A DNA stretch of 64,000 bases. Origin: Candidatus Woesearchaeota archaeon (GTDB taxonomy: Archaea; Nanobdellota; Nanobdellia; Woesearchaeales; ARS49). The stretch is from contig JAFCDQ010000003.1 of NCBI GenBank assembly GCA_017609645.1, positions 148,846 through 212,845 of the forward strand. The letters run 5' to 3'. The notes under the pieces are model-generated. The model had not been told where the DNA came from, searched no databases, and was given only the letters and a program-made list of their open reading frames with translations. A program made the position numbers and the translations under genes. This document shows positions 53,672 to 62,701 of the stretch, one piece after another. The stretch's first letter is position 1. Every line of letters begins with the position of its first letter.

Positions 53672-54988
53672 TTATCTATTAATTGCTTTAGCTGCAATAT
53701 CTGTTCTAAAATACTGTGATTTTTTCCCTGTTTCTTTGTCAACAAATTTGATTTTCTCTACAGCATCATATGCTCCTTTCTGCGCTTCAGCAATATCTTT
53801 TCCATAATGTGTCACTCCTAATACTCTTCCTCCGCTTGTTACTAAATTTCCAGCTTCATCTAATTTTGTTCCTGCATGAAACACAAAAGTATTTGGATCT
53901 GTTACACTTTCTAAGCCAGTAATCAATTTTCCTCTGTCATACTCGTTTGGATATCCTTCTGATGCCATTACTACACAGCATGCAGCTCCGTCTTTATGTT
54001 TAATCTCTACTTCATCTAATTTTCCTGTTGCACATGCCATGCATGCTTCATACCAGTCAAAGTCAGTTAACATTGTTATTGGTGGCATTTCAGGGTCTCC
54101 TCCTCTGACATTAAATTCTAATACTTTTATTCCATCTGCAGTTTTTATTAATCCTGCATAGATTATTCCTTTGTAGGTTATTCCAATACTGTTTAACCCC
54201 TCAACTAATGGAGCTAAGATTGTTTTATAGATCTGCTCTTCCATTCCAAGAATCACTGGCGCTGGTCCATATGCACCCATTCCTCCTGTATTTGGTCCTT
54301 TGTCGCCATCAAATGCTGGCTTGTGATCTTGTGTTGAAACAAGCTGCTTGATTGTTTTGCCGTCACATAATGCTATTACAGATGCTTCTTCTCCTATTAA
54401 TTTTTCTTCTACTACAATCAAATCACCTGCACTTCCAAATTTCTTGTTTACCATGATTAAATCAATTGTTTGGTATCCATGTTCTAAATTGTTTAAAACT
54501 ATTACTCCTTTTCCTGCTGCTAAGCCGTCAGCTTTCACAACTGCTTCTAATCCACTGTCATAAAGATCTTTTAGATAATCTTTTGCTTCTTCTGGATTAT
54601 CAAATGATTCATAAGCTGCTGTAGGTATTCCAAATTCTGTCATTGTTTCTTTAGCAAACTTTTTGCTGCCTTCAAGCAAAGCAGCACTTTTATTTGGTCC
54701 AAAGATATGTTTCATACTTGCGCCCATCTCATAAGTATCTGCAATTCCATCTACTAATGGCTGTTCAGGTCCAACAACTGTTAAAGTAATATTTTTATCA
54801 TGAACAAACTTAATGATCTGTCCAAATTGATCAAGATCTAATTTTACATTTTCTCCTTTTTCCAGTTGCGCAGTTCCAGCATTTCCTGGTCCGCACCAGA
54901 CTTTGTCAACATTAGGGCTTTTATTCATTTCTCGTGCAAAAGAATGTTCTCTAGATCCACTGCCTAAAATTAATACTTTTTCTCCCAT
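53672..54988 (-). CDS. purD: Phosphoribosylamine--glycine ligase
   Basis: N-terminal KVLILGSGSREHSFA, an ATP-grasp core and 438 aa. Confidence 0.95.
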   Translation of the reverse strand: MGEKVLILGSGSREHSFAREMNKSPNVDKVWCGPGNAGTAQLEKGENVKLDLDQFGQIIKFVHDKNITLTVVGPEQPLVDGIADTYEMGASMKHIFGPNKSAALLEGSKKFAKETMTEFGIPTAAYESFDNPEEAKDYLKDLYDSGLEAVVKADGLAAGKGVIVLNNLEHGYQTIDLIMVNKKFGSAGDLIVVEEKLIGEEASVIALCDGKTIKQLVSTQDHKPAFDGDKGPNTGGMGAYGPAPVILGMEEQIYKTILAPLVEGLNSIGITYKGIIYAGLIKTADGIKVLEFNVRGGDPEMPPITMLTDFDWYEACMACATGKLDEVEIKHKDGAACCVVMASEGYPNEYDRGKLITGLESVTDPNTFVFHAGTKLDEAGNLVTSGGRVLGVTHYGKDIAEAQKGAYDAVEKIKFVDKETGKKSQYFRTDIAAKAINR

Positions 54989-55004
54989 TTTTCCACCTCA
55001 AAAC

Positions 55005-56708
55005 TTATTTTGGTCTGTAAACTGTTGCATGTTTTGCATTGTCTTCTGCAACTTTTGCTTTCTTGCCTTGCATATATTTCTCTACACCCTCTTTAACTTC
55101 GTCGTGTTTTAATCCAAGTATTTTTGCTGCAGCTAAAGCAGAATTAGTTCCGCCATATGCAACTGTTGGAGCAACTCCGCTTGGTGTTTGTAAAGAACTC
55201 CAAACTTCATTTGAATCTTTGTCAGATTTATTTTCATAATTAATTATCACTGGATTTAATGTCCTTGCTGCAATAGAAGGTCCTTTTCCATTTGACATTC
55301 CTGTTACATCAATGTAAATAATATCTCCTGAATAAGAATCAAACCAGTCTACTAATTCAAATAAACTTTCAGGATCTCTATGTGCTGATGCAACATTTAT
55401 TCCATGAGGTATATTTAATGCTTTTAATGTTTTTGAAATGTTTTTCACAGGAGACTTTTCCTTCTCAATATCACTTCCAGATCCTGCAATTATTGAAACA
55501 AAATATCCTTTTATTAATTTGTCATTTTGGCTATATGTACAATTTAGATTATGGCAGACTATATGTGACTGATCAAAGTAAGAATCTCCAACTTTTAATC
55601 CTTCTACAACATCGTCTAAATCAGCACCTGTCAAAAATTCATGTGCTTGGCAAATTATTTTTGCTGCTTCTAAACGAACAGAGTCAGGCAATACAACTCC
55701 TTTCTTTTTCCATAAACCTGCCTCTTGCAGATATTTTCTAACATATTCTTTGTCAAAAGCTTGAGGCTCTTCTTCTGCTTCAAATCTTTCTTGATAAGTT
55801 TCTAATTCCCAAAATCTTGAAGAATCTGTTGTAAACCATTCATCAGCTAAAACTACACAATCAGCAGGCTCAGTATAATTTATTTTTTGCTCTTTTGTGT
55901 ATTTTCTGACTCCCCATTCAAACTTTGTGTCAACAAATATTTTGCCTTTTTTCGCTAATTCTTCTGCTCCTAATTTATATAATTTTTTTGAACAATCAAT
56001 CACATAATCAAGAACATTTCTATCACTAATTGAAGCACTCAATAGCAAAGATCTCTCTTCTTCACCCTCGACTATAGGCAGAGGTAAAACAATCTTATTA
56101 AATCTCTTTTGCAAAAATTCATATGCCTCTTCAACAGTTATGCCAGGATCTCCGTCTGCTTTTGTTGTTATTGTAACAATTGGCTTAACAAACTTTGCAT
56201 TTTTCTTTATCTCGCCACCTTCAAACATGTCTGGCGTTAGTTCAATACCATATTGTTCATAGAATTTATTGTTTGTTGAAGAATGCCTCTTTCCATAATC
56301 TATAATTTGATTAAAATCTCGCCAAGCAGATCCTGTTATAAATCCCCTAACTATTACTTCTAATCCTAAAGTATGTAATTGCTCAATAAGCATTGAATTT
56401 GTAGTTAATCTTTTTTTTAGATGATGCTGACAAATCTGCTCTTCTTCAATCTTTTTTGCCCAATATTCCTGAACTTCAACAAATAAAGCTCCTTTAAGCG
56501 GAATAGCACCAGTAAGTTCTACATCTCCTGCAGAAATCCTGTCTGTTGTGAATTGTATTCCTTCTATATCATTTATCTCATAATTATCTCTTACTTTGCC
56601 TTTATGAAAGCCTCCCTCAGGCACTCCTAACTCTGGAAAGCATGTTGTTTCAAGAACTCTATTTTCTTCAATCATAATTTTTAATGTTTCATCTACAGAC
56701 ATTTGCAC
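55005..56708 (-). CDS. purCE: Bifunctional SAICAR synthetase (eukaryotic Ade1-like PurC) fused to AIR carboxylase (PurE); PAICS-like domain order
   Basis: N-terminal GKVRDNYEI...TTDRISAGDV matches the SAICAR synthetase fold. The C-terminal IAGSGSD...SAHRDPE...AYGGTNSALAAAKILG matches PurE. Confidence 0.8.
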   Translation of the reverse strand: MQMSVDETLKIMIEENRVLETTCFPELGVPEGGFHKGKVRDNYEINDIEGIQFTTDRISAGDVELTGAIPLKGALFVEVQEYWAKKIEEEQICQHHLKKRLTTNSMLIEQLHTLGLEVIVRGFITGSAWRDFNQIIDYGKRHSSTNNKFYEQYGIELTPDMFEGGEIKKNAKFVKPIVTITTKADGDPGITVEEAYEFLQKRFNKIVLPLPIVEGEEERSLLLSASISDRNVLDYVIDCSKKLYKLGAEELAKKGKIFVDTKFEWGVRKYTKEQKINYTEPADCVVLADEWFTTDSSRFWELETYQERFEAEEEPQAFDKEYVRKYLQEAGLWKKKGVVLPDSVRLEAAKIICQAHEFLTGADLDDVVEGLKVGDSYFDQSHIVCHNLNCTYSQNDKLIKGYFVSIIAGSGSDIEKEKSPVKNISKTLKALNIPHGINVASAHRDPESLFELVDWFDSYSGDIIYIDVTGMSNGKGPSIAARTLNPVIINYENKSDKDSNEVWSSLQTPSGVAPTVAYGGTNSALAAAKILGLKHDEVKEGVEKYMQGKKAKVAEDNAKHATVYRPK

Positions 56709-56788
56709 TCACCTCATATCGTTATAAAAACACTATAACCCTTTTTTATATACCTTTTTCGCCACAACAAAATATACTTTCTAGGCTC

Positions 56789-56828
56789 TAAAGCGTCATA
56801 AAGCTTCGTAAAGCTATCTAAAGCTTTG
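56789..56828. repeat. Four tandem 10-bp units TAAAGC-N4 (TAAAGCGTCA TAAAGCTTCG TAAAGCTATC TAAAGCTTTG), with further degenerate TAAAG copies out to 56860
   Basis: TAAAG recurs at 56789, 56799, 56809 and 56819 (exactly 10-nt phasing), then at 56833, about 56844 and 56856. The repeats lie in the 275-nt divergent intergenic region upstream of the GHKL ATPase genes. Confidence 0.5.
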
Positions 56829-56910
56829 TTTCTAAAGTTTCTAAAAGTTTGTTTATAAAGTAAAAAATCTATGTATATTACAGCACCCAAGCTGAAATCC
56901 CTTCCCCACC

Positions 56911-56936
56911 CACTCTTGCGTTATTACGCAAGAGTG
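56911..56936. promoter_or_regulatory. GC-rich perfect 11-bp inverted repeat CACTCTTGCGT-TATT-ACGCAAGAGTG, 48 nt upstream of the ATG at 56984
   Basis: The arms are exact reverse complements. The local sequence is GC-rich against an AT-rich background. Confidence 0.5.
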
Positions 56937-56983
56937 ATGAAAACACCGAAAGATTTAAATATGAGTGAGACTGAACTAACACT

Positions 56984-57862
56984 ATGATGCACAAAAGATT
57001 AGAGGAGTTAGCAATAGATACAATCAGCGGTATTAATTATCGAGATAGATCTCACATTAAAGGTATTTTAGATAAATCTTATAAAGTAAATTCTAACAGT
57101 CCTTGTGTTAGCATACAAGAAAATATTTACGGACCTGATTCTAGATTTATTCTTTATCTTGATGCAAAAGACAGAATTTCATATGAAGGTGCTGTTACAA
57201 AAGCTATTTTGATTCCTATTATGCATGAATTATCTCATAATATTCAAAAACAATACCAAAAAATGCAAAAAGAACAGCAATTATCCCTATTTCTTCCTTT
57301 TATTTCTTTCATAGGCTTGAGAAAAAGCAGAGAAAAATATGAAGAACATGGTGTCAAAAAAGAAAATGAATTTTATATTTTTGATTTTGCAGATACCGGA
57401 TTGGGTATTCCAAATACTAAAATAGCTGCTTTACAAGGAAAAGCATTGCTTGCTGATACACAACTAAGCAATAAACTTCCTGAAGAAATACAAAAAGAAC
57501 TAATTAGAATGACTGTTGAAAGTGACGTTACAGAAGAAACAGGCGGAATGGGATTAACCATGGCTTATAGAACTTGTAAAACATCAAAAGGAATTTTTTA
57601 TATTGCTTATGATTTCAGAGAAAATGGTAATGGAAGAAATTGTGCTTTATTCACATCTCTCAATCCAACACATATTAGAAAAACAAATAGAAAACCTATT
57701 AAAAAAATTGATAATTTTTTAGAAAATAGAACTAAAACACATGTAAGAGTTTTTATTCCTACTGATTATGTGTTAACTATTGAAAAGTATTTGATTGAAA
57801 ATTCTGAAACTTTTCAAATACTAGACTCAAAACAAAAATTAGAATTTTTAAAAGATCAATAA
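56984..57862 (+). CDS. Divergent GHKL / histidine-kinase-like ATPase (HATPase_c-like) protein, soluble, with a possible H-box
   Basis: G1-like FDFADTGLGIP and G2-like GGMGLTMAY. The upstream IPIMHELSHNIQ resembles a HisKA H-box. No TM segment or sensor domain is recognisable. Confidence 0.55.
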   Translation: MMHKRLEELAIDTISGINYRDRSHIKGILDKSYKVNSNSPCVSIQENIYGPDSRFILYLDAKDRISYEGAVTKAILIPIMHELSHNIQKQYQKMQKEQQLSLFLPFISFIGLRKSREKYEEHGVKKENEFYIFDFADTGLGIPNTKIAALQGKALLADTQLSNKLPEEIQKELIRMTVESDVTEETGGMGLTMAYRTCKTSKGIFYIAYDFRENGNGRNCALFTSLNPTHIRKTNRKPIKKIDNFLENRTKTHVRVFIPTDYVLTIEKYLIENSETFQILDSKQKLEFLKDQ

Positions 57863-57872
57863 AGAGAAGACC

Positions 57873-59375
57873 ATGGTAGATTATATCGAATACGATGCAA
57901 ACGCTGCAAGAGAATTTATTGCATTAATTAAAAAAAGAATTGATAGGTTAACCCCTGCTAAAACTAAAGAATTCTTAAAAGAACTAAATGAAATTGATGA
58001 GATTCATATAAAAGAAGCTGCTAAAGATATTCTTTTCTTTTCAAAACTAGAACGTATTGATCCAGCAGTCTCATTTATTATTGAACAAAAATATCTTTTA
58101 AATGATAAAACATTAAGACCTACATCAGAAGATATTCAAACAGAATATAATACTAACCTTGATGATGAAGCTTCTGCTCTAAACTTTGAAGATATTCCTG
58201 CATTAGAAAGAGCAGGTTTAGAACAAATTGTTGATCCTTTAAAAAATAAAAAAGGTTTAGGTCACATAAGTTATGTTTTTGATAATCTGCGCGAATTAAC
58301 TCCTAAAAGTGTTGCTAATTTTATTATTGAACAAACAATTGCAAGAATAGTTAGAAAACCAAATCGTAAACTTAAAATAGTTGAGAAACACCCAGTTGGT
58401 CTGCCTAAGAAATACAAAGAAGCATGTAAAAAGTTGAGCGGTCAATCAGGCCAAAAAATTACAAAAAATATCACCATCAATATTGGAAAAGAAAAAAATC
58501 AACTCAAACCAACAGACGAAGCAAAGTTGATTTACAGTCTTAATGCTAATGATAAATTCCATAGTATCTACTTGCCTTTTTTCTTTGGAATGTATGGTGT
58601 TAAAGAAATTACTGAAAACTCAGTCAAACAATATGATAAACTAAAAAAGAAAGGCGAGTGTTCAAAAGATAATCCTTTCTTGATGTTGGTTGGCGCAAAG
58701 AAGATATCTGATCAAAGATACAGTACTAGTCAGCGTTTAAAAGCTATTAGATTAGAAGCTTTGACTGATAAAGTTCAAACAGAGGATACAAAAAAAGAAT
58801 CAGCTACTGAAAAAAAAGAAAAAGCAAGTGTTTTCTTGTTTGAATTTGCAGATACTGGAGAAGGGTTTACCAGAGATCAATTACAGAATTTATATAATAG
58901 AATTTATCAAGCAATGATTGTAGATGCAACTGACGAAACAAAATCATTCAAAAAAACTTTAACAAAAGGGAGTGCTAAAGAGAAACACGGAGAAATAGGA
59001 CTTGCTGGTTCTGCTAAAATCTTTGCACAGACTTTCGGAGGAACTTTTGAAATAAATTCTAATTATCACTCTATTGACGGAGTATTATACAAAGATTCAA
59101 TTATTTGTAATAGTGACAAATATGAATTTAAACCACATCAAAAAGCAGTTCAAAGAGATTATGATATTCAGAATGTAATGCAAAAAAGAGCTAAAACTTA
59201 CATTAATATTCAATTAACAGAACATAGTCTGCGTGATCTTGATAAAATAATTCTCGAAAAGCAAAAATATGCTGCTGCAGAAAGACCTCTTGTTTATGAT
59301 GAAAACGATATGACTGAAACATCTGTACTGGAAACTGTTGATTTTGATGAATTTGTATTTCCAGAAGAAATGTAA
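57873..59375 (+). CDS. Second divergent GHKL / HATPase_c-like ATPase protein (500 aa)
   Basis: FEFADTGEGFTRDQL (G1-like) and GEIGLAGSAKIF...GGTFEI (G2/G3-like). It lies 10 nt downstream of the previous gene, with a long N-terminal region of unknown function. Confidence 0.5.
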   Translation: MVDYIEYDANAAREFIALIKKRIDRLTPAKTKEFLKELNEIDEIHIKEAAKDILFFSKLERIDPAVSFIIEQKYLLNDKTLRPTSEDIQTEYNTNLDDEASALNFEDIPALERAGLEQIVDPLKNKKGLGHISYVFDNLRELTPKSVANFIIEQTIARIVRKPNRKLKIVEKHPVGLPKKYKEACKKLSGQSGQKITKNITINIGKEKNQLKPTDEAKLIYSLNANDKFHSIYLPFFFGMYGVKEITENSVKQYDKLKKKGECSKDNPFLMLVGAKKISDQRYSTSQRLKAIRLEALTDKVQTEDTKKESATEKKEKASVFLFEFADTGEGFTRDQLQNLYNRIYQAMIVDATDETKSFKKTLTKGSAKEKHGEIGLAGSAKIFAQTFGGTFEINSNYHSIDGVLYKDSIICNSDKYEFKPHQKAVQRDYDIQNVMQKRAKTYINIQLTEHSLRDLDKIILEKQKYAAAERPLVYDENDMTETSVLETVDFDEFVFPEEM

Positions 59376-59377
59376 AA

Positions 59378-60712
59378 TTATTTTCTAAAAACCAAACCCT
59401 TTATCGCAGTCACTGCATCATTTATTTGTTCATAACAAGGAATTCCTTTCTCTTTTAGCTTTTTAGAAATCTTGTCAGCAAGTCCTGTTCCTGTCACAAC
59501 AGCAATTAATGGCTTTTTCTTAGCATCAGCACAGATTTTATTTGCTAATCTTTCATTAATTAAAGGAACTTGTGTTAATATTAAAACTAATATCAAATCA
59601 TTATTCTTGTCTTTTGCACAGGCTTTAATCGCTAAGTCATATCTTTCATTTGTTGAATCTCCTAGTAAATCCATAGGGTTATTTACAGAAACTATTGCTG
59701 GAAATTTCTTATTCAACTGTTTAACACATCTTTTGCTTGGCTGCACTAGCCGAAGTCCTGCTTTCTCTAACAAATCAGCTGCATTGATTCCATACCCTCC
59801 TCCATTGGTAATCACTTGGATTTTATTTCCTTTTGGCAGATTCTTAATTTTTTCAAAAGCTTCTGCCATGATAAACATTTCTTCAATACTTTTAACCTGA
59901 ATACAGCCAGCCTGACGCAAAGCACCTAAATAAATCTCTCCACTGCCTGCTAAACTGCCTGTATGACTCTTTGCCGCAGCTCTTCCTGCAGAAGTCATTC
60001 CTCCTTTCAAAACAATTATAGGTTTTTTTATCTTCTTAGCAACACGAACAAACCTTTGTCCGTCTTTAATTTGTTCTATATACATGCAGATTACTTTTGT
60101 CTTCTTATCTTTGCCTAAATATTCTAAAATATCTGTTTCATTCACATCTATCGCATTTCCATAACTGACAAATTTTGAAAATCCCAAATGTTTTTTAGAA
60201 GCTAAATCAAGTATCATCGCTCCAAGTGCTCCGCTCTGTGAAACAAGAGAAATATCTCCTTTTTTTGGTCTGTGCAGTCTTTGCTTGAGCATGAACATAG
60301 TGTCAACATCAGAATAAGAATCAAATACACCTAAACAATTTGGTCCTATTACTCTTAATTTATATTTATCAATAACTTTCTCTAATTCTCTCATTAATTT
60401 CAAATTACCAACTTCTTTAAAACCAGCACTAATAATAACAACATTCTTAATTCCCTTCTGACCACATTCATCTAAAATTCCAGGAACTGTCTTTGCAGGT
60501 GTTGCTATGACCGCTAAATCTATTTTTCCTTTAACTTGTAAAACATTTGAATAACATTTCTTGCCATAGATAGATTTAGCTTTTGGATTGACACAAAACT
60601 CTGAAAATTTCTTATCAAGCAAATTCCTAAAGATAACATTACCTATCTTTCCAGGGAATCTAGAAGCTCCTACCACCACCACTTTTTTTGGATTGAAAAA
60701 CTTATCAAGCAT
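59378..60712 (-). CDS. acdA: Acetyl-CoA synthetase (ADP-forming) alpha subunit / CoA-binding NDP-forming acyl-CoA synthetase
   Basis: N-terminal FNPKKVVVVGASRFPGKIGNVIF...LAVIATPAKTVPGILDECGQKGIKNVVIISAGF matches ACD alpha subunits; 444 aa. Confidence 0.85.
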   Translation of the reverse strand: MLDKFFNPKKVVVVGASRFPGKIGNVIFRNLLDKKFSEFCVNPKAKSIYGKKCYSNVLQVKGKIDLAVIATPAKTVPGILDECGQKGIKNVVIISAGFKEVGNLKLMRELEKVIDKYKLRVIGPNCLGVFDSYSDVDTMFMLKQRLHRPKKGDISLVSQSGALGAMILDLASKKHLGFSKFVSYGNAIDVNETDILEYLGKDKKTKVICMYIEQIKDGQRFVRVAKKIKKPIIVLKGGMTSAGRAAAKSHTGSLAGSGEIYLGALRQAGCIQVKSIEEMFIMAEAFEKIKNLPKGNKIQVITNGGGYGINAADLLEKAGLRLVQPSKRCVKQLNKKFPAIVSVNNPMDLLGDSTNERYDLAIKACAKDKNNDLILVLILTQVPLINERLANKICADAKKKPLIAVVTGTGLADKISKKLKEKGIPCYEQINDAVTAIKGLVFRK

Positions 60713-60758
60713 ATGACGATAAAAGCATTATTTATTTTTAAATGTATTGTAAAAAGAA

Positions 60759-61100
60759 TCAAACAAACCCTTTGACAATATCCCCTATCTTCTTGCAGTT
60801 TTCTTTTGTAATTGTTACATTAAATCCCTGCAGAACAACTTTTACTTCTTCTTCCGTGTTAGGTAGTATGTCAATTATTTTTTGAATTTGAGGTTCTCTC
60901 AATCTAGGAATTTTTAATCCTTCGATTTTTTTGTTAAGCTCGTCTGCTTTCTCTTTTCCTAGTTTTGCTACTTGATTTACATATTCTAATGCTTTTTGAG
61001 CTCTGAAATTCAGTTCTTTGTCTCTTTTCTTTATTTTTTCAAGTTCTTCCTTTACCTCGTAGAGGTTTACAGGAGTTGATTCTAAGACTTCGTGTTTCAT
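60759..61100 (-). CDS. rpoF: Probable DNA-directed RNA polymerase subunit F (Rpo4/Rpb4-like)
   Basis: 113-aa helical acidic/basic protein immediately downstream of rpl21e with a 4-nt overlap, the conserved archaeal L21e-RpoF arrangement. The similarity is pattern-level only. Confidence 0.5.
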   Translation of the reverse strand: MKHEVLESTPVNLYEVKEELEKIKKRDKELNFRAQKALEYVNQVAKLGKEKADELNKKIEGLKIPRLREPQIQKIIDILPNTEEEVKVVLQGFNVTITKENCKKIGDIVKGFV

Positions 61101-61387
61101 AGTTTTTTCAGGTGCACTGGATGCACAATTATTTTTTTGATTTTGTTTCCATCTTTTATATTGACTTCATAACAAGCGCCTCTTTTGGCCTGCACTATTC
61201 CCTTCTTGCCGTGAAATCTTCTGTGATAAAGTGATTTTTGTACTGCGGATTCTGCTAAAAGAATCACTTTTTCTCCTGCTGTTAGCGTAGCCAAGTATCT
61301 TGTAATGCTAATTTTACCTTTCTCCCTTTTATTCTTCTGGAAGATGTGTCTGCTCTTTCTTCTTGGTCCGCCTTGTCTCGTCACCAT
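61097..61387 (-). CDS. rpl21e: 50S ribosomal protein L21e
   Basis: MVTRQGGPRRKSRHIFQKNKREKGKISITRYL... matches the L21e N-terminus and length (96 aa). Confidence 0.9.
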   Translation of the reverse strand: MVTRQGGPRRKSRHIFQKNKREKGKISITRYLATLTAGEKVILLAESAVQKSLYHRRFHGKKGIVQAKRGACYEVNIKDGNKIKKIIVHPVHLKKL

Positions 61388-61412
61388 ATTGTTAACAAAA
61401 AGTTCGTATTTT

Positions 61413-61431
61413 ATTTAAAAAGGTTTTGGTA
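61413..61431 (-). promoter_or_regulatory. Candidate BRE/TATA promoter of rpl21e (leaderless): the same 19-mer ATTTAAAAAGGTTTTGGTA as upstream of rps6e
   Basis: The minus sense reads ATACCAAAACCTTTTTTAAAT, followed by 25 nt and then the ATG at 61387. Confidence 0.4.
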
Positions 61432-61503
61432 TGCTCACCCAAACATTTATATAATAACTAGGCAATCCCATTTTCAAGTAACAAAGAAAGGAGAGGTAAT
61501 AGA

Positions 61504-61896
61504 ATGGCATTTTTTTCAAAAATTAAAGAAAAACTAAGTGGAACAAATTCTAAATTCGACGAGCTCGAGAGTGAAGAAGGTTACGTTGAGCTTGACACTG
61601 ATTCTGAACTTAAACAGAGTAAAGTTCTTGTTAGACCTTTCCTTTTGAAAGACTTTGATGATGTGAAGCAGATTCTTGATGCTTTAAGAGAAGGCAGGAC
61701 TATTGCTTTAATTAACATAAAACCTCTAAAAGAAAGAGATCTTATTGAATTAAAGAGAGCTATAAGCAAGATGAAAAAGACTGCTGATGCTATTGACGGC
61801 GAGATTGCTGGTTTTGGTGATGATTATCTTGTTGTGACTCCAAGTTTTGCTGCTATTTATAGAAGCAAACAGATTAAAGAAGTTAGAGAAGATTAA
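61504..61896 (+). CDS. sepF: Cell division protein SepF (FtsZ-interacting, DUF552)
   Basis: VLVRPFLLKDFDDVKQILDALREGRTIALINIKPLKERDLIELKRAISKMKKTADAIDGEIAGFGDDYLVVTP matches the SepF core. A Shine-Dalgarno AAAGGAGAGGT is 7 nt upstream, and a TATA-like TTTATATA (61446-61453) lies about 50 nt upstream. Confidence 0.85.
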   Translation: MAFFSKIKEKLSGTNSKFDELESEEGYVELDTDSELKQSKVLVRPFLLKDFDDVKQILDALREGRTIALINIKPLKERDLIELKRAISKMKKTADAIDGEIAGFGDDYLVVTPSFAAIYRSKQIKEVRED

Positions 61897-62541
61897 TTAT
61901 TTCTTTTTATTTCTTAATTCTTTCAAAACTTTATTTGCAATCTTATGTGCAATATGCAAAGGTTCCGGTAATTTATGAGGAGGAATTATTGTTTTCTTAA
62001 CAAGTTCTGCTGCAAAATCAACTGTAACTAGATTTCCTGGGCTTACAATAACTGGCCTGGCATGTTTTCTTGTGCTTACTTTTTGCGCTACAATTTGTCC
62101 ATCTATCACAATATTATCACCTTGTTCTTCTCCGTCTAGCAAATCTTTAGCAACTCCTATTGTAGGCTTGACTAACTCCACTCCAATATATGCTGCTAGT
62201 CCGCATTTTCTTGGATGTGCTATGCCGTGCCCGTCTATCATTATGACATCTGGCTCATTTTCAAAGTCATAATATACTTGCAGTATTGGAGGTCCTTCTC
62301 TAAATGCTAAAAAGCCAGGCACATAATTCATTGGCGCTTTTGTCACAATATGTTTTACTTCTAGAACTTTCATTGTTTTTGCATCCAGAACTACACCTGC
62401 GCAGACTGCTTGGTCTCCGTCATAGGTCACATCAAATCCTGCGATTTTCTTGACATCAGAAATTTTGAGAGTTTCATCTACTTTGAATTGTTTTGCTGTT
62501 TCTTGCTGCATGCTTTTAAGCTTATCAAAACCGAATTTCAT
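61897..62541 (-). CDS. nfi: Endonuclease V
   Basis: GFDVTY...VPGFLAFREGPP...IMIDGHGIAHPRKCGLAAYIGVELVKPTIGVAK is the EndoV signature. The track ORF extends to 62607; the Met at 62541 gives the typical length of about 214 aa. Confidence 0.8.
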   Translation of the reverse strand: MKFGFDKLKSMQQETAKQFKVDETLKISDVKKIAGFDVTYDGDQAVCAGVVLDAKTMKVLEVKHIVTKAPMNYVPGFLAFREGPPILQVYYDFENEPDVIMIDGHGIAHPRKCGLAAYIGVELVKPTIGVAKDLLDGEEQGDNIVIDGQIVAQKVSTRKHARPVIVSPGNLVTVDFAAELVKKTIIPPHKLPEPLHIAHKIANKVLKELRNKKK

Positions 62542-62701
62542 TTTTTTTATCTCGATTGAGGTTTTGATGCTCGAAATTCCAAAGGAATTTTGTTGTATCA
62601 AATCCAAATTTCATAGTAAAAACCCCTCTTTAATTACTTAATTAGAATTAAATCAGCTATATTTAAATCTTTCGGTTTGTAACCACTAAAGAATAAGTAA
62701 A

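Noticed and set aside
56881-56960. GC-rich stretch upstream of the HATPase gene as a tRNA or other ncRNA gene
   Set aside because: The only strong structure is a single 11-bp perfect hairpin, too long for any tRNA arm. It is better explained as an operator or leader hairpin.
10418-61769. Short nested minus-strand ORFs listed in the track (10418..10621, 11409..11780, 12288..12473, 31056..31253, 50260..50466, 57373..57561 and 61581..61769)
   Set aside because: Each lies inside, or out of frame with, a much longer ORF that has clear functional motifs; none has an RBS or promoter signal of its own.
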